A stretch of 64,000 nt of DNA, from IMG/VR virus record IMGVR_UViG_3300034071_002561. One strand, written 5' to 3'. Made by a program: the position numbers and the translations under genes. Position 1 is the first letter of the stretch, and the number at the start of each line of letters is the position of its first letter. The stretch comes from an uncultured virus (IMG/VR IMGVR_UViG_3300034071_002561) (lineage: Duplodnaviria; Heunggongvirae; Uroviricota; Caudoviricetes). Below the pieces are notes generated by a model. That model was not told the origin of the DNA, searched no databases, and worked only from the letters and a program-made list of their open reading frames with translations. Positions 53,335 through 63,499 of this stretch are shown here, in pieces.

Positions 53335-54522
53335 ATGGATTATCAGAAATACCCTAAACTTCTTTCAAAATACGGATGTTGGATTGTAGATAACAAGGGG
53401 TTTACAAAAAAATTCGACGCCTTTCAATACGCTTCGATACATAAAAAAGATCAAATTCATTTTTATTACCATAATCATATCTGGGAAAATTTTGATAGAT
53501 CTCTGTTAGGAAAAATTCCTCTACCCAATCTTTACAAGCAACGAGCTGAACAGCTGAGAGATCGATATTCGCATCTAGTTTTGCATTTCAGCGGTGGTTC
53601 GGACAGTTACAATATACTACATACTTTTTTAACACACAAAATAAAATTAGACGAAATAGTAGTGAAATGGCCTAAAATTTTATCTGACAAAAAATTTTAC
53701 ACGCCTAATGTCAACGACACCTCTGCTAGAAATAGTCTAAGTGAATGGGACTATGCTATTGAGCCTGTTTTAAAAAGAATATCAAAATCTAATCCAGAGA
53801 TCAAAATTACCATAGTCGATTATGTAGAAAATCTTATGTCTAAAAATATCACAGACATTATAGAGGAAAAATTAGATCACAACAACTATTTCTATTCTAA
53901 TTATACTCCGGCAGTTTTTTTTATGTCAGCGAACATAGATAAATTCGATGCTAGATATACACCAGAAAATACTGCCCACATTTTCGGAATAGAAAAGCCA
54001 GTGCTATCAGAAAAACCTGATGGAATATATTTACATTTTGCAGATCATGCATTTGATATGTTAGCTGTAGATCCTAACCTAGGTACCAAAGAACCTTTTT
54101 ATTGGACTGCAGATTTACCGATCTTACCTATGGAGCAGGCATATCAATGTGCCTTACATATGGTAGCTGATTCTAAATTTAATAATTTTTTGTATAAAAA
54201 TAGTTTAGTGAGTGCAGCCCGGGGCAACAGGATCATGAAAGCACAAAATAAAATTTTTAAAAAAGTTCTTTACGCCGAATCATGGAATGATGATATTTTC
54301 CAGGCAGAAAAACCCAATATACAAAGAAATGATTGGTACTACTGGATGTACGAGATTGCTGATTTAAGTTGTGCAAGAAACATTTTTTCCAATGTTGTAA
54401 AAGACATAACTATTGATGTAAACAGCAAATTTTTTCAAGATCCGACAAATATAAATTACGGACTAAGAAAACTTAAAACCAGAGCATTTAAGGTGTTAGA
54501 TTTAAAAATAAATAACTTTTAA
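53335..54522 (+). CDS. PP-loop family protein B
   Basis: LYKQRAEQLRDRYSHLVLHFSGGSDSYN, GIEKP, EPFYWTAD. Confidence 0.75.
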   Translation: MDYQKYPKLLSKYGCWIVDNKGFTKKFDAFQYASIHKKDQIHFYYHNHIWENFDRSLLGKIPLPNLYKQRAEQLRDRYSHLVLHFSGGSDSYNILHTFLTHKIKLDEIVVKWPKILSDKKFYTPNVNDTSARNSLSEWDYAIEPVLKRISKSNPEIKITIVDYVENLMSKNITDIIEEKLDHNNYFYSNYTPAVFFMSANIDKFDARYTPENTAHIFGIEKPVLSEKPDGIYLHFADHAFDMLAVDPNLGTKEPFYWTADLPILPMEQAYQCALHMVADSKFNNFLYKNSLVSAARGNRIMKAQNKIFKKVLYAESWNDDIFQAEKPNIQRNDWYYWMYEIADLSCARNIFSNVVKDITIDVNSKFFQDPTNINYGLRKLKTRAFKVLDLKINNF

Positions 54523-54535
54523 TTAAGGGGAAAAA

Positions 54536-54838
54536 ATGTCTTTTCAGGTTATACACATCTTTAGAAGAGTCGATGAGTCTATACCATGGCACATCGAATA
54601 TTTCAGCAAACTTCCTAAAAAAAGATTTGAATATATAAAGGCGCAGGAAACATTCAAAGTATCTAGAATCGTATTGGAATTAGATCCGTTAACATTAGAA
54701 GTTACACAGGATTGGGAAAGCGAGGCTTTATATGAAGATTATATGCAATACCCGGCGGTGGTCGGAATGCAGAAAGAGTTTGATTTATACAATCAAAATA
54801 ATGGAATATCCAAAGAATCAAAAATGTTAACAACATAA
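54536..54838 (+). CDS. Hypothetical protein
   Basis: AAGGGG SD; 100 aa. Confidence 0.6.
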   Translation: MSFQVIHIFRRVDESIPWHIEYFSKLPKKRFEYIKAQETFKVSRIVLELDPLTLEVTQDWESEALYEDYMQYPAVVGMQKEFDLYNQNNGISKESKMLTT

Positions 54839-54859
54839 CAGTGCTCAATTAATCATAGA

Positions 54860-55906
54860 ATGCCTTTTAGAATTACTAATTTAGAAACAGTCGTTATAAA
54901 AATTCCGCTGAAAAATCCTATGTTTCTTTCTGGTAGGTGCATAAGTCATGCAGAAAATATAATTGTCAAAATTGAATCAGATGGATTAGTCGGTTGGGGC
55001 GAATCAGCATCAGCTCCTAGAATGACTGGTGACACAGTTTCTGGCATGAACGAAATTATTAATCGTTGGTTCAAAACTTTTGTTATTGGTCAAGAAATTT
55101 CAAATTACAAAAAAATTATTTCAGACATAGACAAAATGTTCTATGGTAATACCGGAGCTAAATTTGCGGTATACTCGGCTTTACTAGATTTATATTGCAG
55201 AGCTAACGATGTGTCATTGCATCAATTATTAGGAAAAAAAATTAGAAATGATATTGCAAGTTTAAGAATATTAGCTAACGAAACCATAGAGGACGATCTT
55301 AACGAAGCTGAAGCATGTTACCTGTCCGGAGTTAAATTTTTCAAAGTTAAAATAGGCAAACACAATATTGACGATGAGATTTCGTTGATACATCGCCTAA
55401 GAGAAATTACACATAATTCCAATCTTTGTGTTGATTCAAACAGTGGAATTTCTACAGAATCTTTTCAAAAGTTTGTTCGAGAAACATCTAGAGATAACAT
55501 ACTCTTTATCGAAGATTGTAATTCTCTCGACCTAGGTGTAAGTGTGTGTCTAGATCAAGACATTTTTACCTGTAAAGATATTCGCGAAATGATGAATCTA
55601 GGCACTGGTCAGGGGGTAAATTTAAAACTAATGAAATTCAGTGATCCCTTCAAACTGGTCGAGGCCGCCAATCTAACAAACGATCTAGGATTGAATATAA
55701 ATTTGTCCGGTAAGATAGCCGAGACTGGCATTGCTAGTTCGGTTCTGTTAAACTGTGCTGCCGTGGCACCTAATATAAATTGGGGTGTAAGCACTACTAA
55801 TCAATATCTGCTTCAAGACATTATTACAAAAACAGACTCGTCAAACTTCGAGCCTGTGACTGTAGATGAATATCTTGTAAAGCAATTTAAGTATACCGAT
55901 GTATAG
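54860..55906 (+). CDS. Enolase-superfamily (muconate cycloisomerase / mandelate racemase-like) protein
   Basis: GLVGWGES, ALLDL, FKVKIG, VDSN, FIED, NLKLMK. Confidence 0.8.
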   Translation: MPFRITNLETVVIKIPLKNPMFLSGRCISHAENIIVKIESDGLVGWGESASAPRMTGDTVSGMNEIINRWFKTFVIGQEISNYKKIISDIDKMFYGNTGAKFAVYSALLDLYCRANDVSLHQLLGKKIRNDIASLRILANETIEDDLNEAEACYLSGVKFFKVKIGKHNIDDEISLIHRLREITHNSNLCVDSNSGISTESFQKFVRETSRDNILFIEDCNSLDLGVSVCLDQDIFTCKDIREMMNLGTGQGVNLKLMKFSDPFKLVEAANLTNDLGLNINLSGKIAETGIASSVLLNCAAVAPNINWGVSTTNQYLLQDIITKTDSSNFEPVTVDEYLVKQFKYTDV

Positions 55907-56660
55907 TATCTGCGGTACAGTCTTTTAGAATTTTATCGCTCTCGTCTGTACGAACTGCGGTTATAATCATTACCACTCTAGGTTTATAACTCATGTTTGC
56001 AGTACAGTGAGGAATATTTAACGTGTCAAAAATATGTACATCACCGGCACGCCACTGTGTTAGAACAGAATTACCATAAACCATTATCTGTCCCGGCTCG
56101 TAATCTTCTAAAAATATTACCATTCTAGACATTTTATGCGGAGCCAACGGATTCCTGTGCCAAAGTTTGTCTACGTGCCAAGTAAATAGCTGTCCGGGCA
56201 TTTGCACATGCACTCGAGTTCTTAATCTTTTGAACTTCCAATATTCTCCCATCTTCTGTAAGGAAGGAATATGACACATGTCTGGTTCCGGAACCATTTG
56301 AACAAAATCGTTTGTTACTCCGCTTTGTTCTAGATCGTAATCTTCTTGATTTTGAAGAGGACTCACTCCACCAGGGAACCCTGGATGGACACCGATTTTC
56401 GAAAGGTCTGACCAACCTACATCTTTGGATTTTTCAATCAGCCAAGGAATGATTTTTGGTATCTCTGGGTCTAATTCAAATCTTCCTAACTGATGATACC
56501 AATCTCCTTCTTCTTCTTTTTTCCATTTATCGAAATGATAACTGCTGAAATTTTCTTTGATATATTCTAAATTGCTTTGGTACTTTTCAGCCCCTTGATA
56601 TTGAAAATCAGCAGGCAAAGAATGATACCTAGCTCTCGATTCATAAATTTTTGGATCCAT
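55887..56660 (-). CDS. 2OG-Fe(II)/cupin-like oxygenase
   Basis: QMPGQLFTWHVD, WRAGDV, PHCTAN, PRV. Confidence 0.65.
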   Translation of the reverse strand: MDPKIYESRARYHSLPADFQYQGAEKYQSNLEYIKENFSSYHFDKWKKEEEGDWYHQLGRFELDPEIPKIIPWLIEKSKDVGWSDLSKIGVHPGFPGGVSPLQNQEDYDLEQSGVTNDFVQMVPEPDMCHIPSLQKMGEYWKFKRLRTRVHVQMPGQLFTWHVDKLWHRNPLAPHKMSRMVIFLEDYEPGQIMVYGNSVLTQWRAGDVHIFDTLNIPHCTANMSYKPRVVMIITAVRTDESDKILKDCTADTIHRYT

Positions 56661-56848
56661 TATTTTTCCTCTGTTTCATAAGCTATAACAATGAGCCAAT
56701 CCACAAAGTCTGTGTCATCCTCATCTAATACACCGGTTTTTCCATCGTAGCAGTACATGACTTTACATCTAGGACGCTTGGCATCTGGGGGTGGTAACAC
56801 TCCCTCTTTCCATGGTCGAATCTTCATGGTTGAAGAATCAGTATTCAT
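56660..56848 (-). CDS. Small hypothetical protein
   Basis: Coupled ORF, 62 aa. Confidence 0.45.
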   Translation of the reverse strand: MNTDSSTMKIRPWKEGVLPPPDAKRPRCKVMYCYDGKTGVLDEDDTDFVDWLIVIAYETEEK

Positions 56849-56850
56849 AT

Positions 56851-57777
56851 TTATTTGAATTCTATTTTATATTTTTTGATCAACTCACTCTGTCGGTTGA
56901 TAACTTCAAACACGTATTCACGATCTCCAACATCTTTTCCGAAATAAGCCTTAGTGTAGGTATCTTCTGTTTGTTTATCATTTAGATATTCTTTTAAAAG
57001 TGTAGACCATGCATTATGTACTTTTTTATCAGTCCCTGGTGGTAATCCAATAAAAAACAATTCGCCGTGTTGCCACGAAGGTATTTTACTTTTGAGATCT
57101 AAGACACCCGTCGGTAACCCAGACTTGCCTGCAGAAAAACCAAAGATAATTTTAACCTTCCCGGATTCTGCCAAAGGCAATGCCGTTGACATGGGAACCA
57201 ATGCCAACGGAATATGTTTTCCTGCCACATCTCTACTTGACTCGGTTGATGTTTTGTACGGTATTAGCAGAGGTTTAGGCGCTTCGAGTTTTTCTACAAG
57301 CTGATTTAGATTTATGAGATTGGCCACCGCATGCCAACCTATTTTTGTTTCTGGATCGTTGGATTTAAGAATACGAACGAAATCATTGTAATTTTCATAC
57401 CTGCTACCAGGAAATGTTATGAAAGCATTAGCATTTCCGCCAGTGGTCACAATCGGATCGATTACTTCTCTACTTAATCGTTCTTTAGCTAACCATGAAT
57501 TGCTGGTTGAATTTATCATCAACACAGATCCGTCTTTATTTGATGTTGCTAATTCATTTGCGGCTATTGTGCTGTTACCTCCAGGCTTGTAAATAGGATT
57601 CAAATTGATTCCTCTTTTTGCCAGCCACAGTGAAAGATGACGCACCTGTATATCTGAAATTCCGCCCGGACCATACGGTACTAAGATATTAACATCTTTT
57701 GGAATTTCTACGGTGGGGTTTGCCCACAGTGGATTTGTTACAAAAATCATCGCCAACCAAACTAAAATTCTTTTCAT
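56851..57777 (-). CDS. Bug/TctC substrate-binding protein
   Basis: VPYGPGGISD, YKPGGNSTIA, KDG, IPYK, DVAGKH, PPGTD. Confidence 0.82.
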   Translation of the reverse strand: MKRILVWLAMIFVTNPLWANPTVEIPKDVNILVPYGPGGISDIQVRHLSLWLAKRGINLNPIYKPGGNSTIAANELATSNKDGSVLMINSTSNSWLAKERLSREVIDPIVTTGGNANAFITFPGSRYENYNDFVRILKSNDPETKIGWHAVANLINLNQLVEKLEAPKPLLIPYKTSTESSRDVAGKHIPLALVPMSTALPLAESGKVKIIFGFSAGKSGLPTGVLDLKSKIPSWQHGELFFIGLPPGTDKKVHNAWSTLLKEYLNDKQTEDTYTKAYFGKDVGDREYVFEVINRQSELIKKYKIEFK

Positions 57778-57863
57778 TAGTATTTTCCTTGATGCCTTCA
57801 GTTGATATTTATAAAACGTTCATTTTTAAATTTTCAAATATGACACAATATAAATAGTCCACC

Positions 57864-59027
57864 ATGATAAAAAAAGCGTTAGGCTACTACAAGGTAGATA
57901 ATATAGAATTTGATTCCAAGATACAGGCATGTTTGTTTGCAACTAAATTTTCAAAACCAGTAACATGGATCTTCAACGACGACATATTTTCAAACTATGA
58001 TTGGTCCCTAGAACCTTCACTGTCATTAGATGCCTTGTATGATATGAGATCTAGATCTCTTAGAGAAAAATATGACTATATTATTATTAGCTACAGCGGC
58101 GGTGCCGATAGCCATAATATCGTTGAAAGTTTCCTAAGGCAGGGATTGCATATAGATGAATTGTTGATCAACACAATGTCTGAAGGAAATGGAAATTTTA
58201 TGAACATTTCCCAAGACAACAAAAGTTCTCATAATGCTGCTGCTTCCGAACATGTTCTACAGACATTACCCCGACTACAAGAAATACAAAATAGGTCTCC
58301 TAAAACTAAGATCACTATTGTGGATCTAACTAAATTTTTATTTTCTTTTTTTGATGATCACGGAGATGCCAGTTGGATTGAAACAAAGAGAGAAGGTCTG
58401 AATCCGTTAAATGTAACAAGATATAATTATCTGTATTTTTCAGAAATAAGAAAAAAATTCGATAAAGATAAAAAAATTGCTATCATTTTAGGAGTGGAGA
58501 AACCCCGCACATATATACACAGCCAGACCAATGACTTTTACATACGTTTCAATGATAGAGCTTCTAACATAGCCAGTGTAAATGATTTCGTTAAAGATTA
58601 TCCAAATTCGACCGTAGAATATTTTTATTGGAGTCCTGAATCTGTAGATATGTTGTGTAAACAGGCACATGTTATAAAACGTTGGCTTGAACTTACACCG
58701 ATGTATTTGGATCTATGGAGCGGGAAATCTTTATCTAAAGAAGTTTTTAGATTGGTTCATGAAAGGGTGCTTAGAAATCTAATTTATTCGACATGGAACG
58801 AATCCTGGTACCAGGCTGATAAATCAACAAGAGATTGGTATAGTGAATTTGATTCGTGGTTTATTCAAGGTCATAGGGGTACTAAAACGCATTCCATATG
58901 GTTAGAAGGGTTGTCTTATGTACAATCGAACGCAGGAAATTTTGTAAACGTAAAAAACGGCATCGCAGATGGACTCGTTATGTTTAATCATGATTATAAA
59001 ATAGGACCAATGAGTATTCATAAATAA
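57864..59027 (+). CDS. PP-loop family protein C
   Basis: LREKYDYIIISYSGGADSHN, GVEKP, EYFYWSPE. Confidence 0.75.
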   Translation: MIKKALGYYKVDNIEFDSKIQACLFATKFSKPVTWIFNDDIFSNYDWSLEPSLSLDALYDMRSRSLREKYDYIIISYSGGADSHNIVESFLRQGLHIDELLINTMSEGNGNFMNISQDNKSSHNAAASEHVLQTLPRLQEIQNRSPKTKITIVDLTKFLFSFFDDHGDASWIETKREGLNPLNVTRYNYLYFSEIRKKFDKDKKIAIILGVEKPRTYIHSQTNDFYIRFNDRASNIASVNDFVKDYPNSTVEYFYWSPESVDMLCKQAHVIKRWLELTPMYLDLWSGKSLSKEVFRLVHERVLRNLIYSTWNESWYQADKSTRDWYSEFDSWFIQGHRGTKTHSIWLEGLSYVQSNAGNFVNVKNGIADGLVMFNHDYKIGPMSIHK

Positions 59028-59045
59028 ACCCACAAAAGGTCAAAT

Positions 59046-59486
59046 ATGAAATTCAACGAAAACCATCCACGAAGTATTGCCAAGGTTATTTCCTGGCGGG
59101 TATTGATAACTGTATCTCACATAGTAAACGCCTTTGTGGTCACGGGTAGTTTGCTGATTGGAGTAAAGATAGCAGGGCTAGCTCTGGTAATTAACAGTGT
59201 AATGTTTTGGGTGCATGAACGTAGCTGGAACGTTATACAGTGGAATCGAAAAGAAAATGAAAAAATTAAATTCACAGAAGGACAATCGAGATCAATTTCA
59301 AAAGTTGTATCATGGAGAATTTTTATCACAGTCAGCAATTTTGTAATACCCTTTATTATGACTGGAAGTTGGGGGCAGGCTGCGTTATTTGCAGGAATGG
59401 CCACTGTTGTTAACATAGTCTTATATTGGAGTCACGAAAGATTATGGAACTGGATTCGATGGGGCAAACACTCAGTGATTGTTTAA
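59046..59486 (+). CDS. Tandem DUF2061 membrane protein
   Basis: Two RSI.KV.SWR...HER.WN.I.W repeats. Confidence 0.75.
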   Translation: MKFNENHPRSIAKVISWRVLITVSHIVNAFVVTGSLLIGVKIAGLALVINSVMFWVHERSWNVIQWNRKENEKIKFTEGQSRSISKVVSWRIFITVSNFVIPFIMTGSWGQAALFAGMATVVNIVLYWSHERLWNWIRWGKHSVIV

Positions 59487-59487
59487 T

Positions 59488-60477
59488 ATGAACATACCTT
59501 TTCAATCAACCGGTCTCGATAACGATTGGTATTACGGTTTCGAGGACGACAAATATATTCTTAAAATCAATCCTGCAGAACACACTAATCTTAATTTCAA
59601 AGAAGCATGTATGTTTCTTGCCGGCGAGTTACATAAAAATTTAAAATTTCCAGTTATTTCGCTGAGCGGCGGACTCGATGGTCAAATAGTATTAAATTCG
59701 TTCTATGATCAAAACCTAAAAGTAGACTGTGTGTTTAGACACTATCCTGGGTTTAATGATATAGAACTAGAATGGGTAAACGCTCTACAGAAAAAATACA
59801 ATTTTAAATTAACTAAAATTGTAATTAATCCATACGAAATTAGAGAAGAAATTTTAAAAGAACATCAAGAAACTAAGATCTTTCCTGGCGAATTGATGTA
59901 TAAAAAATTTGTTTCTATGCTCCCGGAAGACATGGATATCATACAAGGATATGAAGGTCCTATAATTGCACAGGGTTTTGGAAAATTATATTATCTTGAA
60001 TCATATAATACTTTCGAATTTGCTAGACGACGAGCAGTGGCTCTGCTGAATAGAAAGAGCAAATTTATTACCTTCGGCAAGAACAGTAATATACTGGCGT
60101 CTATCTTTCAAGAAGAACCGTTTCAATGTTTTTTAGATTCTTATGATTACTTTGCTGGTCACGACCTAACACGGTTTCTTAAAGACCTATTGCCTGATTC
60201 TTGGGATTTATACATAAAACCGTATCTCTATTATAAACATTGGAAACAAGATCTTATGTATTTTCCAAAATATCAAGGGTCAGAAAAAATTCACTGGCTA
60301 GGAGACTATAGGACCTATTATAGAGAACGGATGATTGTTATCGAAATCAATACTCTACGTAATCATATTTTCAGTCAAACGTCTCAATACACAAACTTCA
60401 CAGAAAGCAAATATTCTATCAAGAATTTTAGTAAAGACCTGCTCTCTGGTTTCAAATCTCTCTCAGAAAATATATGA
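59488..60477 (+). CDS. PP-loop family protein D
   Basis: ISLSGGLDGQ, IQGYEGP, WDLYIKP, FPKYQGSEK. Confidence 0.65.
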   Translation: MNIPFQSTGLDNDWYYGFEDDKYILKINPAEHTNLNFKEACMFLAGELHKNLKFPVISLSGGLDGQIVLNSFYDQNLKVDCVFRHYPGFNDIELEWVNALQKKYNFKLTKIVINPYEIREEILKEHQETKIFPGELMYKKFVSMLPEDMDIIQGYEGPIIAQGFGKLYYLESYNTFEFARRRAVALLNRKSKFITFGKNSNILASIFQEEPFQCFLDSYDYFAGHDLTRFLKDLLPDSWDLYIKPYLYYKHWKQDLMYFPKYQGSEKIHWLGDYRTYYRERMIVIEINTLRNHIFSQTSQYTNFTESKYSIKNFSKDLLSGFKSLSENI

Positions 60478-61400
60478 CACAAAACATTCATTCTGGAATA
60501 AATTTTGGTTTCGAGGACAAAAAATTTTATGTAGAATATAGTTGTTCTCGGCCAGTTGAAAATCTCAGAAAGGAATTTGATAGACGTGCTGTATCGTTGT
60601 ATGAAAAAAATCCTAAACTTATGCTAGGATTAAGTACCGGTCTAGATAGTCAAGCAGTATTACACAGTTTTTTTACTCAGGGGATTCCTATAGAAGTTGC
60701 CTTTCTTTATCTGAAAGGATCTAACGAAAATGAACTAGAACGTTTAAAATTTTTAGAAAAGAAATATAATTTTAAATCTATAATAATAGAAATGGATCCT
60801 TATCAAAAGAAAGATGAACTTTTAGAATTAACTAGACAAACCGGGCTGGCTCCATATCAACACATGCATACTCAGTTCCTAAATCAGCTGCCAGGAGATT
60901 ATGATTTTATACAAGGAATACATGGCCCAGACCTTTTGTACAAAAATGATAAATGGTACATGTTAGAAACTGCTAACTCTTTTGAAATCGCTAGATTAAG
61001 AGCACTACAATTGTCAAACAGAACAGGCGATATTATTGGTTGGGAAAGATTTGGAGAAATGCTACTCAGTTTACTAACCGACGATGTTGTGCAGGCGTTT
61101 TTGCATGCCTACCCTTACATCAAAGATAATGGGTTAAGAGATAGTAATGGAGAAAAAATTAGGATAATCGATCATTGGGATCTTTACATAAAACCATTCA
61201 TCTACGGTAAGTATTGGAAAGACGAATTAGAATATTATCCCAAGTATCAAGGTCCAGAAAAAGTTGATTGGATCATGAATACACAATGGCACAAATACAT
61301 GGAAAACTTGGTCCCGATACCATTATTTGATCTCGTAGATCATCTATCTAAATTTAATGGCGAAACTGCTAGGTTCTGGCAGAGATCCGACAATAGCTGA
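60474..61400 (+). CDS. PP-loop family protein E (paralog of D)
   Basis: LGLSTGLDSQ, IQGIHGP, WDLYIKP, YPKYQGPEK. Confidence 0.65.
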   Translation: MTQNIHSGINFGFEDKKFYVEYSCSRPVENLRKEFDRRAVSLYEKNPKLMLGLSTGLDSQAVLHSFFTQGIPIEVAFLYLKGSNENELERLKFLEKKYNFKSIIIEMDPYQKKDELLELTRQTGLAPYQHMHTQFLNQLPGDYDFIQGIHGPDLLYKNDKWYMLETANSFEIARLRALQLSNRTGDIIGWERFGEMLLSLLTDDVVQAFLHAYPYIKDNGLRDSNGEKIRIIDHWDLYIKPFIYGKYWKDELEYYPKYQGPEKVDWIMNTQWHKYMENLVPIPLFDLVDHLSKFNGETARFWQRSDNS

Positions 61401-62284
61401 TCATAGTTTCTATCGTAGTGTCTCCTGAACGTAAAACCGTTGTATTTTTTTTCTAAAAAGTTTTCAAATTCTAGTATTAGGTCTTGACAATTTTCAAACC
61501 CGGTTTTTTTCTTTCTTTCTAGCAAGTCCGGATAAGCTTCTCGATATCCTATAATCTTAGTTGAATTGGTTCCTAATTTTCCATAATATTCATCATTGAT
61601 CAGCTTCTTGATCCAGGTTGTGTTATTCCATGCTGTCATGAGACTCGGTGACCATTTAAAATATTCCATGACCGCTGGCCTATTTTTATAAATCATATAT
61701 TTTGACCAACCTATATCATGTTCCCAGCAACTCATTAACCATGTTCCTTGTTTAGAATAATCATTGTCTGTTCTATTCCATGACGGAACACCTTCGGAAT
61801 AGATTGGTAATCCGTCAGTGTATTCCATGAATTTCAATTGAGGTAACACCATGGCTCTGTCTATTTGCGCATTTTCAGAAATAGTTTCAGCTTCCTGTTC
61901 ATAATAATTTTTAAGACTGAAATCTATTATTCTGTATTTTACATCTAGCATGGAGCAGACAGTTACAGCATAACTCACATCGTACATGTTGTAATCGTTT
62001 TCGTATCTAAAGATACAGACTTCTGGATCGGCTCCTATTTCTAAAAACGATCTGAGAACTATCTCGCTGTCTATACCACCGCTAAACATTATACAAGGTC
62101 TTAGCCCGGGATAATGATCAAGTATATCTTTTGAAGCTAACAGTAGTTCTTGCCTAAAAGTTCCGACACTCACAGAGTCGACCTCGAAGGCTGTTGAAAA
62201 CACATCGTCCTTGGAAAACGATCTAGAAAATTTTTCTCCATTATAGGACCAATTGTACCAATTTTGAGAAGATGTATAGATCAT
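61340..62284 (-). CDS. PP-loop family protein F
   Basis: IMFSGGIDSE, RKKKTGFE. Confidence 0.65.
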   Translation of the reverse strand: MIYTSSQNWYNWSYNGEKFSRSFSKDDVFSTAFEVDSVSVGTFRQELLLASKDILDHYPGLRPCIMFSGGIDSEIVLRSFLEIGADPEVCIFRYENDYNMYDVSYAVTVCSMLDVKYRIIDFSLKNYYEQEAETISENAQIDRAMVLPQLKFMEYTDGLPIYSEGVPSWNRTDNDYSKQGTWLMSCWEHDIGWSKYMIYKNRPAVMEYFKWSPSLMTAWNNTTWIKKLINDEYYGKLGTNSTKIIGYREAYPDLLERKKKTGFENCQDLILEFENFLEKKYNGFTFRRHYDRNYDQLLSDLCQNLAVSPLNLDR

Positions 62285-62709
62285 TTTAATTCAGTTCCAA
62301 AAATTCTGTCCCATACTGGGAAAAATAAACCAAAATTCTTATCCGGTCGGCGATGGTGTTTCAAATGCCATTCTCCGCAGGTTAGTAATGGTAAATTAAA
62401 ACCTCGTCTATGTTCTAAAGGTTCTTGAAGAAAGGCCGCCCATATATAATAAAAAATCGCTATCCACCATTGACCAGTTATCCAGCTAAAAATTATTGTA
62501 GGAATAACTTCAGTAAACCATAGATCGATCGTGCTTGGCCAGTCATCGTTAAAAAGAAATAAATTATTCCAGTGCCATCCGGTTATTGTTTTAATCACAT
62601 AAACATGATGATGTCTATGAAATTCTTTTATATAGGGAGTTTTATGACCTATTCTGTGTATCCAGTACAAAACAAAGGTCCATAAGAAAAAATAAAAAAT
62701 ATATTCCAT
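62281..62709 (-). CDS. Sterol desaturase / fatty acid hydroxylase family
   Basis: YWIHRIGH, HRHHH, HLKHH, NFG..FPVWDRIFGT. Confidence 0.85.
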   Translation of the reverse strand: MEYIFYFFLWTFVLYWIHRIGHKTPYIKEFHRHHHVYVIKTITGWHWNNLFLFNDDWPSTIDLWFTEVIPTIIFSWITGQWWIAIFYYIWAAFLQEPLEHRRGFNLPLLTCGEWHLKHHRRPDKNFGLFFPVWDRIFGTELK

Positions 62710-62710
62710 A

Positions 62711-63499
62711 TTAATCTATTCTAATTATTTTTATTAGCCAAAAAGTCGGATCAAATTCCCACCACTTGCGACCATAATTAGGATTACGACCGTCGCCGTG
62801 ATGATTGTTGTGCCATGCCTCTCCCAGGATAATCGGAAACAGCCAAGGAACATTGACACTGTCGTCCACAAGATCATAATTCTTATACCCGACCCAAGAA
62901 AGATGTGTGCCGCTGGTCTGAATTAAAAAACTATGTAAAGTGATAAAGGCAGCAAACCCCATAAGGTATAACCATAATTCAAAATTTATCAGGGCCACAG
63001 CTAGGTGACTCAACCAGAATATTTTGATATAATGTTTGTGCGCAAAAATCATGTCGCTGTCTCTCAACAGATCTAATACTGATCTAATGCTCATTGCCCT
63101 CATTTTAAACATCCATAGAATGTAACTGTGCCAAAACCCGTGTCTAGGACTATGAGCATCCTTGTCAGTGTCTGTGTATCTATGGTGATATCCTCGGTGT
63201 ATTCCTATCCAATATATAGGACTTCCCTGTCCGGCGATTATCGCAAACCACAACAATAGACGTTTGGTTATTTTGTTGACTTTGTATCCGCCATGGCAAA
63301 ATAGACGATGATACCCTGCTGAAATTCCTAGCATTTTCATGCAGATGTAACCAATTAAGGTAGCAACCCACCACCAATCTGGTGGCGAACTAAAAAATAT
63401 CGAGTATAACGCATATACACCGACTGCCTGCATCGGAACAATACTGCCCCACAGGTTAGGAAAATGAACAATATTTTTAATTATAGACATCTTTTCCAT
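62711..63499 (-). CDS. Delta-9 acyl-CoA/acyl-lipid desaturase
   Basis: GYHRLFCH, HRGYHH, DAHSP, GEAWHNNHH, WWEFDP. Confidence 0.9.
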   Translation of the reverse strand: MEKMSIIKNIVHFPNLWGSIVPMQAVGVYALYSIFFSSPPDWWWVATLIGYICMKMLGISAGYHRLFCHGGYKVNKITKRLLLWFAIIAGQGSPIYWIGIHRGYHHRYTDTDKDAHSPRHGFWHSYILWMFKMRAMSIRSVLDLLRDSDMIFAHKHYIKIFWLSHLAVALINFELWLYLMGFAAFITLHSFLIQTSGTHLSWVGYKNYDLVDDSVNVPWLFPIILGEAWHNNHHGDGRNPNYGRKWWEFDPTFWLIKIIRID

